The notes: a model not told the origin generated them from the sequence alone. A stretch of DNA of 64,000 bases from Bradyrhizobium sp. (GCA_004799435.1 SSMV01000169.1:980-64979), one strand, 5' to 3'. Positions 26,761 through 38,161 are shown, numbered from the stretch's first letter. Numbers and translations are program-made.

Positions 26761-28358
26761 TGCAGCGTCTCCCGCGCCGGCCGTAGCTGCAGATTGAACG
26801 GCTCAGGGTTGAACAGCGCCGCGTCCATCGTCCGGACGTGCTGGGCCACGCGAAGCGGAAATTCCGCCTGCGCGAGAATGTCGCGCTCGAGATCGACGCC
26901 AAGCGCGATCTCTATGACCGTCACGCCGTCGCGCTCCAGGCGCATAACGCAACGTTCGGTGACATAGACAATGTCCTGTCCCTGCGCGACGGCGCGCGGA
27001 CCGGAGAAGGAAATCTGCTCGACCGCTTCGACGAGCTTTTTGACTTTACCTTCCTTGACGATCGAAACCGCGCCATCGCGCACGTCGAGCTTCGCCCCGG
27101 CCGTGAAATAGCCGGAGAAGACGATCTTTTTTGCCCGCGCGGTGATGTCGACAAAACCGCCGGCGCCGGCGGTCACATGCGGACGCACGCCGAGCTTGGA
27201 CACATTGACGGAGCCGCCCTTGTCGATCTGCAGGAAGGAGAGCAACGACATATCGAAGCCGGCGCCCTGGAAGTAAGTAAATTGGTGGGGCGACTGGACA
27301 ATCGCCTCGGCGTTGGAAGCGCAACCGAACTGGAAATCGAGCAGCGGCACGCCGCCGACGGCGCCCTGTTCGATGACCCAGGTCACCGCGCCGTGGCGGC
27401 CTTCCTCAATCAGGATGCGCGGCACATTTGCAGATATGCCGAAGCCGATATTGACGGCGTCGCCGTCGCGCAGCTCCTGGGCGACGCGTCTGGCGATCAC
27501 TTTGGCAATGTCGAACTTCGGGATTTCGAACGACGACAGCGGCCGAAAGATCTCGCCGGAGATCGCCGGCTCATAGACGGTGTTGGTCGTCTGCAACTGA
27601 TCGGGCGCGACGACGATATAGTCGACCAGAACGCCCGGCACGACGACGTCATGGGGACGGATCGTGTCGGCGGCGGCGAGACGCTTAACCTGCGCAATGA
27701 CGATCCCGCCATTGTTGCGAACCGAGAGCGCCTGATCGAGCGGCCCCAGCACGCCGCCTTCATGTTCGTAGGAGAGATTGCCGCGTTCGTCGGCCGTCGT
27801 GGCGCGAATGATCGCGATATGCGGAGTGATCGTCGGAAAGAAGAGCCATTCATCGTCAGCGAAATTGACGCGCTTGACGATCGGATCGACGGCGGCCTTA
27901 GCGTTCATCGCGCAGCCCTCATGGAGCGGATCGACAAAGGTCTCCATGCCGACTTTCGTCAACACGCCCGGCCGCTTGGCGGCGGCTTCGCGATGAATGT
28001 CGAAGAGAATGCCAGAGGGGACGTTGTAGGCCGGGATCGCGTCGTCGCAGATCATCTTCCAGATCGCCGGCGGCTCGGCCGAGGACGGCCCGGACGGATA
28101 AGAGCCCGCCAGCACTCGCGCCAGGCATCCGGATTTCGCGATATGATCGACGCCCTTGACGCCCCACATGTCGCCCGCCGCGATCGGGTGCAATGTCGTG
28201 AGATCGCGCGGGTGACCGTCGGCGTCGAATCTTTCTCCGATCGCTTTAAGAACCGCGTCCGGGCAGCCAAGCGCCGAAGAGGACGAGACCGTTACGATCG
28301 CGCCATCAGGAATGAGACAAGCAGCGGCGGCGGCGGAAATGACTTTTTTCTTCGCCAT
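26757..28358 (-). CDS. Acyl-CoA:acetate/3-ketoacid CoA transferase (family I, fused alpha/beta, YdiF/Pct-like)
   Basis: AIIRATTADERGN, NGGIVIAQV, NIGFGIS, catalytic IEQGAVGG and GAGGFVDIT. Confidence 0.92.
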   Translation of the reverse strand: MAKKKVISAAAAACLIPDGAIVTVSSSSALGCPDAVLKAIGERFDADGHPRDLTTLHPIAAGDMWGVKGVDHIAKSGCLARVLAGSYPSGPSSAEPPAIWKMICDDAIPAYNVPSGILFDIHREAAAKRPGVLTKVGMETFVDPLHEGCAMNAKAAVDPIVKRVNFADDEWLFFPTITPHIAIIRATTADERGNLSYEHEGGVLGPLDQALSVRNNGGIVIAQVKRLAAADTIRPHDVVVPGVLVDYIVVAPDQLQTTNTVYEPAISGEIFRPLSSFEIPKFDIAKVIARRVAQELRDGDAVNIGFGISANVPRILIEEGRHGAVTWVIEQGAVGGVPLLDFQFGCASNAEAIVQSPHQFTYFQGAGFDMSLLSFLQIDKGGSVNVSKLGVRPHVTAGAGGFVDITARAKKIVFSGYFTAGAKLDVRDGAVSIVKEGKVKKLVEAVEQISFSGPRAVAQGQDIVYVTERCVMRLERDGVTVIEIALGVDLERDILAQAEFPLRVAQHVRTMDAALFNPEPFNLQLRPARETLQ

Positions 28359-30403
<2,045 letters not shown>

Positions 30404-30443
30404 GCTTCACTCCCCCAGAATTCTTATGATTCTGGCGCTAACA

Positions 30444-30459
30444 TTTGGATCGCTCCAAA
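30444..30459. promoter_or_regulatory. Candidate LacI operator 1, TTTGGATCGCTCCAAA
   Basis: Near-perfect palindrome with a central CG, typical of LacI family operators, about 40 bp upstream of the LacI start. Confidence 0.65.
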
Positions 30460-30520
30460 AACAAACCCAGCAGCACCATAGACACGCTGGAACTATTGGA
30501 TTGATCATTTGCCTTGATTA

Positions 30521-30534
30521 TTGGAACGTGCTAA
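30521..30534. promoter_or_regulatory. Candidate LacI operator 2, TTGGAACGTGCTAA
   Basis: Degenerate copy of the same TTGGA-CG-CCAA-type palindrome upstream of the divergent flavoprotein gene. Confidence 0.45.
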
Positions 30535-30588
30535 AAATGTTAACGAGTTTCTAATTCCTCGTCAACTCCGAATTTCGCGGAAACGTCC

Positions 30589-32664
30589 TTGGCCCCGCCC
30601 GTCCCGCAATCCATCCTCGACGGATTGACCGACGTGACCATGCCTCGGCTGGCCAATGAAAGGCCGCCGGGGGATCTCGCGAGGGTCGGGCCCTATATCT
30701 TGCCCATCCAGCGCAGCGAAGCGCTTGTGCTTGGCAGCGGCGCGGCTGGCTTACGCGCCGCCGTCGAGTTGAAACGTCGCGATGTCGACGTTGTGGTCGC
30801 AAGCCAGAGCGCCTTCGGCGGAACTTCAGCCTGTTCAGGCTCCGATAAACAAACGCTGCACACCGCCAACAGCGCCGGACGCGGCGACGATTTCCAGGCG
30901 CTCGCCGATGCGCTGGGCGCCGGCGGCGCGATGGACGAGGACACCGCCTATGTCGAAGCGGTAGGTTCGGCGCGGGCGCTCGCCTCGCTTCAATTCATGG
31001 GCCTGCCGATTCCTCAGGATCGGCTGGGCGGCGTGTTGCGTTATCAAACCGACCATGACGAGATCGGCCGCGCGACAAGCTGCGGGCCTCGCACCTCGCG
31101 TCTCATGGTGCAGGCGCTGGCGCGCGAGGCGATCCGTCTTGAGATTCCGATCTTCAATCACACGACGGGCGTTCGCATTCTTGTTGCGGACGACGCGAGC
31201 CCGCGCGCAGTCGGCGTGATTGCCGCCGCGCCGGAAAAGAGAACGGCGGAAAATCCCTACGGTCTCACGGTCTTCCTTTCCGACGCCATTGTCCTTGCCG
31301 CCGGCGGCCCCGGCGAGCTCTATCGCGACAGCGTCTATCCGAAACATTGTTTCGGATCGCTCGGCCTCGCATTGGAGGCCGGCGTCGAGGCGGTCAATCT
31401 GACCGAAAGCCAATTCGGCATCGGCACGCCGCGCTATAATTTTCCGTGGAATCTGTCGGGCACTTACGTGCAATGCATGCCTTATATTTTTTCGCGCGAC
31501 GCGCGGGGCGTCGAACATAATTTTCTAACTGAGTACTACCGCACGACGCAGGAGCTCGCGTCCAACATCTTCCGCAAGGGCTATCAATGGCCGTTCCATG
31601 CCACGCGCATGCTCGACTTCCGATCGAGCCTGCTCGACCTCGCCGTCTATCGCGAGACCCGACTGCAGCGAAAAGTGTTCATGGATTTCAACCGCAACCC
31701 GCTGCCCGCGCCCGGCGACAGGCCGTTCAGCCTCGATCGTCTGGAGGACGACGTGCGCGCCTATCTAGAGAAGAGCGGTGCCCTGCTTGAGGCGCCGATC
31801 GATCGTCTGCGGAAAATGAACCCGCTCGCGATCGAGCTCTACAAGCGCTACAAATATGACATCACGCGCGATCCGCTCGAATTTGCGATCAACAATCAGC
31901 ATATGAATGGCGGCCTCGCCGTCGACGCCTGGGGCCGAACGACTCTCGCCGGCTGCTACGCCATCGGGGAGGCGGCGGGAACTCATGGCGTGACGCGGCC
32001 CGGCGGCGCCGCGCTGACCGCCGGTCAGGTCTTCGGTACGCGATGCGCCGAGCATATCGCCTCGATGCGCAAGCCTCACAAGACAGTCAATTCTGAGTCG
32101 CGCGCGATCGAAGCGGCCGTCGCGAGAATCATCGACGCCCTCAAAAGCGAGAACGGGTTGAGCGCGAAGTCGATCCGCGACGAAATCCAGGCGCGCATGA
32201 GCGATCACGCCGGAATTCTTTGCAAGCGCGATGACGTCAATCGCGCCAAGACGGCGGCGGCCGCCTTGAACCAATCGATTCGACAGCAAGGCGTCGCCTT
32301 CGCCGGCGCCAATGAGGCGCTGCGGGCGCTGCAGTGGCGGCAATCCGCTCTGGCGTCGGAAGCCATTCTCACGGCGCTGGCGTTCTATCTCGATCGCGGC
32401 GGCGGCAGCCGCGGCGCGCGCGCCGTTTGCTCGTCGAGCGGCGATCAGGTTCCCCAGGGCAGAAGCGGCCCCATCGAACAGGCCCGCTTCGTTTCGGAAC
32501 GGCCGCAGGATCGCGCCGAACAGATTCACATCCGATTGCGCGACGAAGCGTTCGTCTGCGAGCCACGGCCCATTCGCAAACGAAACCGCAACGACTCGCC
32601 GTTTTTCGAACGCGACTGGCCGGACTATCTGACGGGCGCGATCCATGATCCGCCTCCCGGATGA
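30589..32664 (+). CDS. Stand-alone FAD-binding protein of the SdhA/FrdA/NadB fold, function unknown
   Basis: LGSGAAGLRAA, VLAAGGPG, QHMNGG, GEAAGTHGVTRPGGAAL and the C-terminal GGSRGA. No Fe-S or membrane subunits are nearby. Start codon is uncertain. Confidence 0.82.
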   Translation: MAPPVPQSILDGLTDVTMPRLANERPPGDLARVGPYILPIQRSEALVLGSGAAGLRAAVELKRRDVDVVVASQSAFGGTSACSGSDKQTLHTANSAGRGDDFQALADALGAGGAMDEDTAYVEAVGSARALASLQFMGLPIPQDRLGGVLRYQTDHDEIGRATSCGPRTSRLMVQALAREAIRLEIPIFNHTTGVRILVADDASPRAVGVIAAAPEKRTAENPYGLTVFLSDAIVLAAGGPGELYRDSVYPKHCFGSLGLALEAGVEAVNLTESQFGIGTPRYNFPWNLSGTYVQCMPYIFSRDARGVEHNFLTEYYRTTQELASNIFRKGYQWPFHATRMLDFRSSLLDLAVYRETRLQRKVFMDFNRNPLPAPGDRPFSLDRLEDDVRAYLEKSGALLEAPIDRLRKMNPLAIELYKRYKYDITRDPLEFAINNQHMNGGLAVDAWGRTTLAGCYAIGEAAGTHGVTRPGGAALTAGQVFGTRCAEHIASMRKPHKTVNSESRAIEAAVARIIDALKSENGLSAKSIRDEIQARMSDHAGILCKRDDVNRAKTAAAALNQSIRQQGVAFAGANEALRALQWRQSALASEAILTALAFYLDRGGGSRGARAVCSSSGDQVPQGRSGPIEQARFVSERPQDRAEQIHIRLRDEAFVCEPRPIRKRNRNDSPFFERDWPDYLTGAIHDPPPG

Positions 32665-32725
32665 AGCCAGTCATTGAATTCGCGAGACGTCAAAACGCCG
32701 TCGAGGAGTTCATTTGGCAGTTGCG

Positions 32726-34432
32726 TTATTCGGAGACGCGCTCCAGCCGCAGGCAAGAGAACTCGGCGCTCTCCGCATCGCGGAAAATTCTGAACTCGAC
32801 GTTTTCGCTTCTCTCCGCCAGGCGGAATTCGAAAATTCCGTCGCGCGGCCAGCGCCGGCGTGAAAGGACGACCTCGTTTCCCTGGCTTTTGACGACGTCG
32901 AGCTTGGCCCCGTGATAGATAAGGTTTTCGCCGCTGGCTTTGAGATAACGGCCGCGCCACAGGCCCGCATCGAGCGTCATATGCGGCCCCCACATCGCGG
33001 ATAGGGCTTCGTCGACGGTCGGGTGCGGCGAAAAATAGGCGATGATCGCGCCGGCAGGATCATAGATCGGCCTGCCGAAGCCCGTTCGATAATGAAAGTC
33101 GGTCGGATCGAGGATATGAACGTGGCGGCCGGTAATCTGTTCGGCCGCCTGCTGCATCAGGCCGGCGCGCACATCGGCGGCGAGAAATTTGCGCAGCGCG
33201 AATGTCTGTCGATCGCCCGATACGTCCTGCCAGAGTTCGCTATATCGATAGTCCTTCTTACCCACGCCGGCATGGTGGAGGAAAAATGAATATCGCCAGT
33301 CCTGGGGAAACATTTCGCCGTCTGGCATGAAGTTGAAATCGGCGGTCAAGGGAAACAGGGGAATGCCGAGCGCGACGCGTTTCGCGTTGAGAAATCCCTG
33401 CTCGAATTGGGGCAGGCCCCACACGACCTCGTCCCGCAAGGCCTCAAGCAATTTGAGATTGCGATTCGCAAACACCATGACGCCGCTATTGAAATAGTCG
33501 CGCGACGGTAAACGGCCGTCGAGGCTGTAAAGCTCGTTCGTCTGCGAATAATAGTCGTCTCGGGAGAAGAACCTTCCCTCTGGAAAGGCGCCGAGCGCGT
33601 CTTCCGGGACGATCGCGAAGACGTCGGGCGAGCCGGGTCGGATCAGCACGTCGGCGTCGATCACTAGCGCGCGGTCATAGGCTTTGGCGACATCGAGCGC
33701 GGCGGCTTTGAGCCGCTGGGGCGGGAGGGGAGAATTGTCGCCCACGACGGCGCAATCCGCGCCGATTCGCCGCGCATAGGCCTCGGCGAAGGGCAAAGTG
33801 ATTTTAAGTTCGCCTTTGGCGCGTTCGCCCCGGGCGGGAATGACGATGACTTTACGACCTTCCTTCACTGGGGCGGAGCGCCGTTGTCGGATCGCGGCCC
33901 AGGGTCGAAGAACAAGGAATTGCTCGCCCTCGAAAAGCGTGTCGAATAATGCCCGCATGTTGCGATAGCGACTTCGCCGCCAATCGTGAACGAGGACAAC
34001 GCCGTCTTCTGTGACAATCTGCGCGGCCGTCAGCGCGCATTCCCCGCGGCGACGCCCGTCGATCAGCGCGACGTCAAACTCGGCGCCGATCAGAAAGGGA
34101 TAAGAGGAATAAGACGGATATTGATCGTCCTGCGATTCTGACGGCCCTTGAAGATCCAGGCGTCGAAAATGAAGAAACGGATAGCGAGGCAGGCTCGCCG
34201 AGACGCCCCGTTGATAGGAATCCTCATGGTCGATCGACAGCACCATGGGATCGCGGCGCGTCGCCGCAATCGCGCACAGGACTTTCGTCGATTCGCCGCT
34301 TCCCCATTCGAGAAATCGGCTTGCCGTCGGCGCAAAACGCTTGATCAGCGCGGTCAGTTCGCCGGAGAAATTGGCGCCGTAGCGGCCCTTGATTGAATCG
34401 AGGAAGGTCACGTCGCAGTCCGCTCGTATCAC
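32726..34432 (-). CDS. Fusion of a class I SAM-methyltransferase-like domain, a GT8-like glycosyltransferase domain and an unknown C-terminal domain
   Basis: FLEWGSGEST and FDVALIDGRRR (methyltransferase-like); LVIDADVLI (DxD), YFNSGVMV, EQGFLN and FFLHHAG (GT-A/GT8-like). Start could be 34432 or 34411. Confidence 0.7.
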   Translation of the reverse strand: MIRADCDVTFLDSIKGRYGANFSGELTALIKRFAPTASRFLEWGSGESTKVLCAIAATRRDPMVLSIDHEDSYQRGVSASLPRYPFLHFRRLDLQGPSESQDDQYPSYSSYPFLIGAEFDVALIDGRRRGECALTAAQIVTEDGVVLVHDWRRSRYRNMRALFDTLFEGEQFLVLRPWAAIRQRRSAPVKEGRKVIVIPARGERAKGELKITLPFAEAYARRIGADCAVVGDNSPLPPQRLKAAALDVAKAYDRALVIDADVLIRPGSPDVFAIVPEDALGAFPEGRFFSRDDYYSQTNELYSLDGRLPSRDYFNSGVMVFANRNLKLLEALRDEVVWGLPQFEQGFLNAKRVALGIPLFPLTADFNFMPDGEMFPQDWRYSFFLHHAGVGKKDYRYSELWQDVSGDRQTFALRKFLAADVRAGLMQQAAEQITGRHVHILDPTDFHYRTGFGRPIYDPAGAIIAYFSPHPTVDEALSAMWGPHMTLDAGLWRGRYLKASGENLIYHGAKLDVVKSQGNEVVLSRRRWPRDGIFEFRLAERSENVEFRIFRDAESAEFSCLRLERVSE

Positions 34433-34531
34433 CGCCCGGCGCCGACAGCGGCAAAATCAAGGTCGATCCCGGCGTCAAAAAGACCAAATCAATTTCGATA
34501 TTTTCACCGATATATCTTCGCGGCAAGAGCA

Positions 34532-35419
34532 ATGCGTCATGTGGTTTTAGTGGCGCTTCGCGATGGCGCGCCTCGCCGCAGTCACTGGGGACGAAATTTG
34601 ATTGGGCGATCGATCGGCGCCGGCGCTCTCCGAATCGCCTTCACGGCGCGGCGAAGGAGGCTCAATCCCGCCAAGACCGGGCTGCCGGTGGAAACCGTCG
34701 CGATCGCCTCGGGCTCAGGCGCGCGGCTCGCCGGCTGGTTTCTGCCGGGCGAAAGCCGTCGCGGCGCAGTCCTGCTGCTGCATGGCGTGACCGACACGCG
34801 CATGAACCTGGTCAAGCGCATGCGGTTCCTCAACCGAGCCGGCTTTGCGATCCTCGCCATCGACTTTCAGGCGCATGGCATGAGCGAAGGGCGGACCATC
34901 ACGCTCGGGGCTCGCGAGAGCCTCGACGCGCGGGCGGCGCTCGCCTGGCTGCGCGCGCGGCTGCCGGACGAGAAGATCGGCGTCATCGCAATCTCGCTCG
35001 GCGGCGCGGCGACGCTGATCGGCGACGAGCCCTTCGCCGCGGATGCGCTGGCGCTCGAGTCGGTCTATCCCGACATCGACCGCGCGACGCGAAAACGTTT
35101 CCGCCGCTTCGTCGGCCCGCTCGCCGAATCGTTCACCCGCGCGGCGCTCGCCTGCGGCGAAACCGCGTTTGGAATCGACCGGCGCAAGCTGCGCCCGGTC
35201 GATGCGATCGGCGGCGTTTCGGCGCCGATCTTCATTCTTTCCGGCGCGCGCGATCCCTGGACGCCAATCGAAGAGGCGCGTGAACTCTTCGCCTGCGCAC
35301 AACCGCCCAAGATTCTGTGGGAGGTTGCCGGCGCCGGACATGTCGACCTCTATGACTTCGCACCGGACGAATACCGGCGGCGGATGGTCGCTTTTCTCAC
35401 CGAGTCTATATCGCGCTGA
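34532..35419 (+). CDS. Alpha/beta hydrolase
   Basis: LLLHGV, IDFQAHGMSEG, nucleophile elbow IAISLGG, SGARDPWT and AGHVDL. Confidence 0.88.
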   Translation: MRHVVLVALRDGAPRRSHWGRNLIGRSIGAGALRIAFTARRRRLNPAKTGLPVETVAIASGSGARLAGWFLPGESRRGAVLLLHGVTDTRMNLVKRMRFLNRAGFAILAIDFQAHGMSEGRTITLGARESLDARAALAWLRARLPDEKIGVIAISLGGAATLIGDEPFAADALALESVYPDIDRATRKRFRRFVGPLAESFTRAALACGETAFGIDRRKLRPVDAIGGVSAPIFILSGARDPWTPIEEARELFACAQPPKILWEVAGAGHVDLYDFAPDEYRRRMVAFLTESISR

Positions 35420-35634
35420 GCGTCGCCGCTCAGTCCCGCAAACCAGCCTCGAGACGCCGGAGCGCATCTGGCGTGACAAAGGGCACGCTGGATTTGCGGG
35501 TGGACGCCGCTGGCTGGACAAGCGGGCGGCAATTGCTTCAATTCCCCCGCCGGTGGCCAACGAACGAACGCGGGCCATAGCCGCCTCAAAAACGACCGGC
35601 AGCATTGCGCCAACCTTCGAGCCTAAGTCGCATT

Positions 35635-36936
35635 ATGCAGGACAGAATTCATTTCGAAGCGCTGTTGCGCCACCCGTTCAACTCTGAAGAGCGGATGAGG
35701 TTCAGACGGAAAGCGAAAGGTACACCGCTGCGCCGATCTTCTGGATCGAGCGAGCCGCCTCAGCAATCCCACAAGGGCCCGCCAACGGCGGATGACTGGC
35801 TCAAGGCGCGCTGGGCAGCGGTGTCGGCCATCCCGATTTTTCCCGAATCGATGACGCAGCGGCGCATCACCATCGTCACCGACAGCATTGGCCCCTCATC
35901 GCTGTTCGGCGGGGTAGGAACCGCGCTGATCCTAGGGGCGCTGTGGGCCAAGCGGTCCAAGGCTCGGCTGCGGATCGTCACGCGGACCGAGGCGCCGGAG
36001 ACGGGCGCGCTGGCCAGGGTGCTTGCAGCCAATAACCTGACCTTCGACGGCCAGGCCGAATTCCGCCATCACCCAAGGGACGGCCACCGCGAGCTCGCCG
36101 TCGGCGAGCACGACCTGTTCCTGTCGACCTTCTGGGGGACAACGCGAGCCCTGTTGAACACCGTAGGCGCCAAACGCATCGTCTCTTTGCTGCAGGACGA
36201 CGAGCGAATGTTCTACCCCTACGGTGACGAGCGTCTGGAATGCGAGCTTGCGATGGCCGCTCCGCTCAGGCGTGTTGTGGTGAATACGATGCTTTTGCGC
36301 GATCATCTCACAACGGGCGCCGGCGCGATCGATGGGTTGACCGAACGCGCGATTGCCTTTGAGCCGGCCTTCATCGGCGGCGCCCGCAAACCCGATGGCG
36401 GCGAAAGGAAGCGCCGCCTCCTGTTCTACGCGCGTCCGCATAACCTGCGAAACCTGTTTGCGACGGGGGTCGCCGCCTTAAGCGAAGCCATCTTGCAGGG
36501 CCTGCTCGACTCTGAGGCGTGGGAAGTGCATTTCGTCGGAGGCGACGCGCCCGAGATCGAATTTCGCGGCGGCGTAAAGGTCATTCGCCACGACATGATG
36601 GGTTGGCGCGAGTACAAGACCTTCCTGACTTCGATCGACGCCGGCTTTGTGCTCATGTACACGCCGCACCCTTCCTATCCGCCTCTCGATCTCGCGGCCA
36701 TGGGCGTCCCGGTGCTGACCAATCAGTGCGGATTGAAGACAGATCTTGCGCGATATTCGGCGAATATCCTCAGCGCCCCTCTCGCCCCCCAGACCTTGGT
36801 CGAAGGGTTGGGGCGCTTGATCGCATTGGCCGAGGACCGAGACCGGCTCGAGAAGAACCTGGCCGAGGATCACATTTGCCGCGACTGGGCGCAGGCGCTT
36901 GACCCTGTCGTCGCCGACCTCGACACACTTTGGTAG
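35635..36936 (+). CDS. WsaF-like rhamnosyltransferase / GT-B glycosyltransferase
   Basis: SLFGGVGTA, FLSTFWGT, LLQDDERMFYP, LFYARPHNLRNLF and LMYTPHPSYPPLDLAAMG. Start is uncertain (35605, 35635 or 35695). Confidence 0.75.
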   Translation: MQDRIHFEALLRHPFNSEERMRFRRKAKGTPLRRSSGSSEPPQQSHKGPPTADDWLKARWAAVSAIPIFPESMTQRRITIVTDSIGPSSLFGGVGTALILGALWAKRSKARLRIVTRTEAPETGALARVLAANNLTFDGQAEFRHHPRDGHRELAVGEHDLFLSTFWGTTRALLNTVGAKRIVSLLQDDERMFYPYGDERLECELAMAAPLRRVVVNTMLLRDHLTTGAGAIDGLTERAIAFEPAFIGGARKPDGGERKRRLLFYARPHNLRNLFATGVAALSEAILQGLLDSEAWEVHFVGGDAPEIEFRGGVKVIRHDMMGWREYKTFLTSIDAGFVLMYTPHPSYPPLDLAAMGVPVLTNQCGLKTDLARYSANILSAPLAPQTLVEGLGRLIALAEDRDRLEKNLAEDHICRDWAQALDPVVADLDTLW

Positions 36937-36946
36937 GCTCGAGCGC

Positions 36947-38161
36947 ATGCAGCGCGAATTGATCCCGCAACCTGTGTCTTACAGCGCTCCATGGGACGCC
37001 GAGACGGTGGAATCGCGTGCAGCGGAACTGCTGCACGGCAAAAGCGCGAGGGTCGCGTATCTTTACGGACGTCTGGATACGTCCACATTCCGCTACCGCG
37101 TCTACAATATGGTCGAAGCGCTGCGTGCGGCGCCAGACTCCGGCGTCACGGCAAGCTGGTTCGCGCTTTGCGAAGCCGATGTCTTGATGCGCCTTCTGCC
37201 GCAGATCGATGTGCTCGTGATCGCGCGACTGCAATATGACTATCAGGTTGCGAATCTGATTGCGCGCGCGCGGACGCTTCGCGTGAGAGTGTTGGCCGAT
37301 TTCGACGACCTCGTCTTTGACGTCCGCTATGCCCACCTCCTGTCGGCCAACAACGATTGCGACACGACGGTCGAAGAGCACTGGCAGCGCGTGTTCGCGG
37401 CGTTTGGCCGGATGCAGGCTAGCCTATCGCTTTGCGACGGCGGCATCACGACAAACGGTTTTCTGGCCGAAAAAATGGCGGGCGTTGTCGACGGCCCGGT
37501 GCGGATCGTCCCGAACTTCCTCAACCGTCGCCAACAAGAACTGTCCGGCAGGCTGTTGGAGGCCAAACAGGCAAGGAATTTCGCGGGGGATGGCCGCGTC
37601 ACCATTGGCTATTTCAGCGGATCGGCAACCCACAATCTGGACTTTGAGACAGCGCTGACCGCGCTCGTTGAACTCATGCGCGAGGACCGGAGCGTTGACC
37701 TCAGGATCGTCGGTCATATGAGGGCGTTCGATTCCCTGACGGAGTTCGCCAACCGCGTGGAATGGATCGACCTTCAGGACTGGGTCAATCTTCAAATCAA
37801 GATTGCCGAGGTCGAAATCAATATCGCGCCTTTGCAGCAGAACGACTTCACGAACTGCAAAAGTGAGCTGAAGTTCTTCGAGGCGGCTGCCGTCGGCGTC
37901 TGGACCTGCGCGAGCCGTACCTTTGCCTTCGATGCGGCGATCGCCGATCCAGCGCATGGGCGGCTGACTGAAAACTCCGACTGGAGCGCGGCCCTGCGGG
38001 AAGCCGTTGCGCTTGCGCGCGACAAAGCGGCCTATAGCGAACGCGCGCGGACTACGGCGCGCTACGCGCTCGATCGCTACGGCTGGGATAGGAATACTTC
38101 CGCCATCGTCGGGGCCTTGCAGACTTCGAATCGATTGAGTGACAATGCCTTCGCTGGCTGA
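36947..38161 (+). CDS. GT-B (family 4-like) glycosyltransferase
   Basis: STFRYRVYNM, DFDDLVFD, IGYFSGSATHNLDF, NIAPLQQNDFTNCKSELKFFEAA. Confidence 0.8.
   Translation: MQRELIPQPVSYSAPWDAETVESRAAELLHGKSARVAYLYGRLDTSTFRYRVYNMVEALRAAPDSGVTASWFALCEADVLMRLLPQIDVLVIARLQYDYQVANLIARARTLRVRVLADFDDLVFDVRYAHLLSANNDCDTTVEEHWQRVFAAFGRMQASLSLCDGGITTNGFLAEKMAGVVDGPVRIVPNFLNRRQQELSGRLLEAKQARNFAGDGRVTIGYFSGSATHNLDFETALTALVELMREDRSVDLRIVGHMRAFDSLTEFANRVEWIDLQDWVNLQIKIAEVEINIAPLQQNDFTNCKSELKFFEAAAVGVWTCASRTFAFDAAIADPAHGRLTENSDWSAALREAVALARDKAAYSERARTTARYALDRYGWDRNTSAIVGALQTSNRLSDNAFAG

Noticed and set aside
30540-30554. TTAA-N7-CTAA as a CtrA site
   Set aside because: It has one mismatch, sits in an AT-rich catabolic promoter where chance matches are likely, and has no plausible cell-cycle target.
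30589-32664. Annotation as sdhA, frdA or a second nadB
   Set aside because: It lacks QFHPT, SE..RG and the covalent-FAD His, has no partner subunits, and a canonical nadB is already present at 43628-45172.
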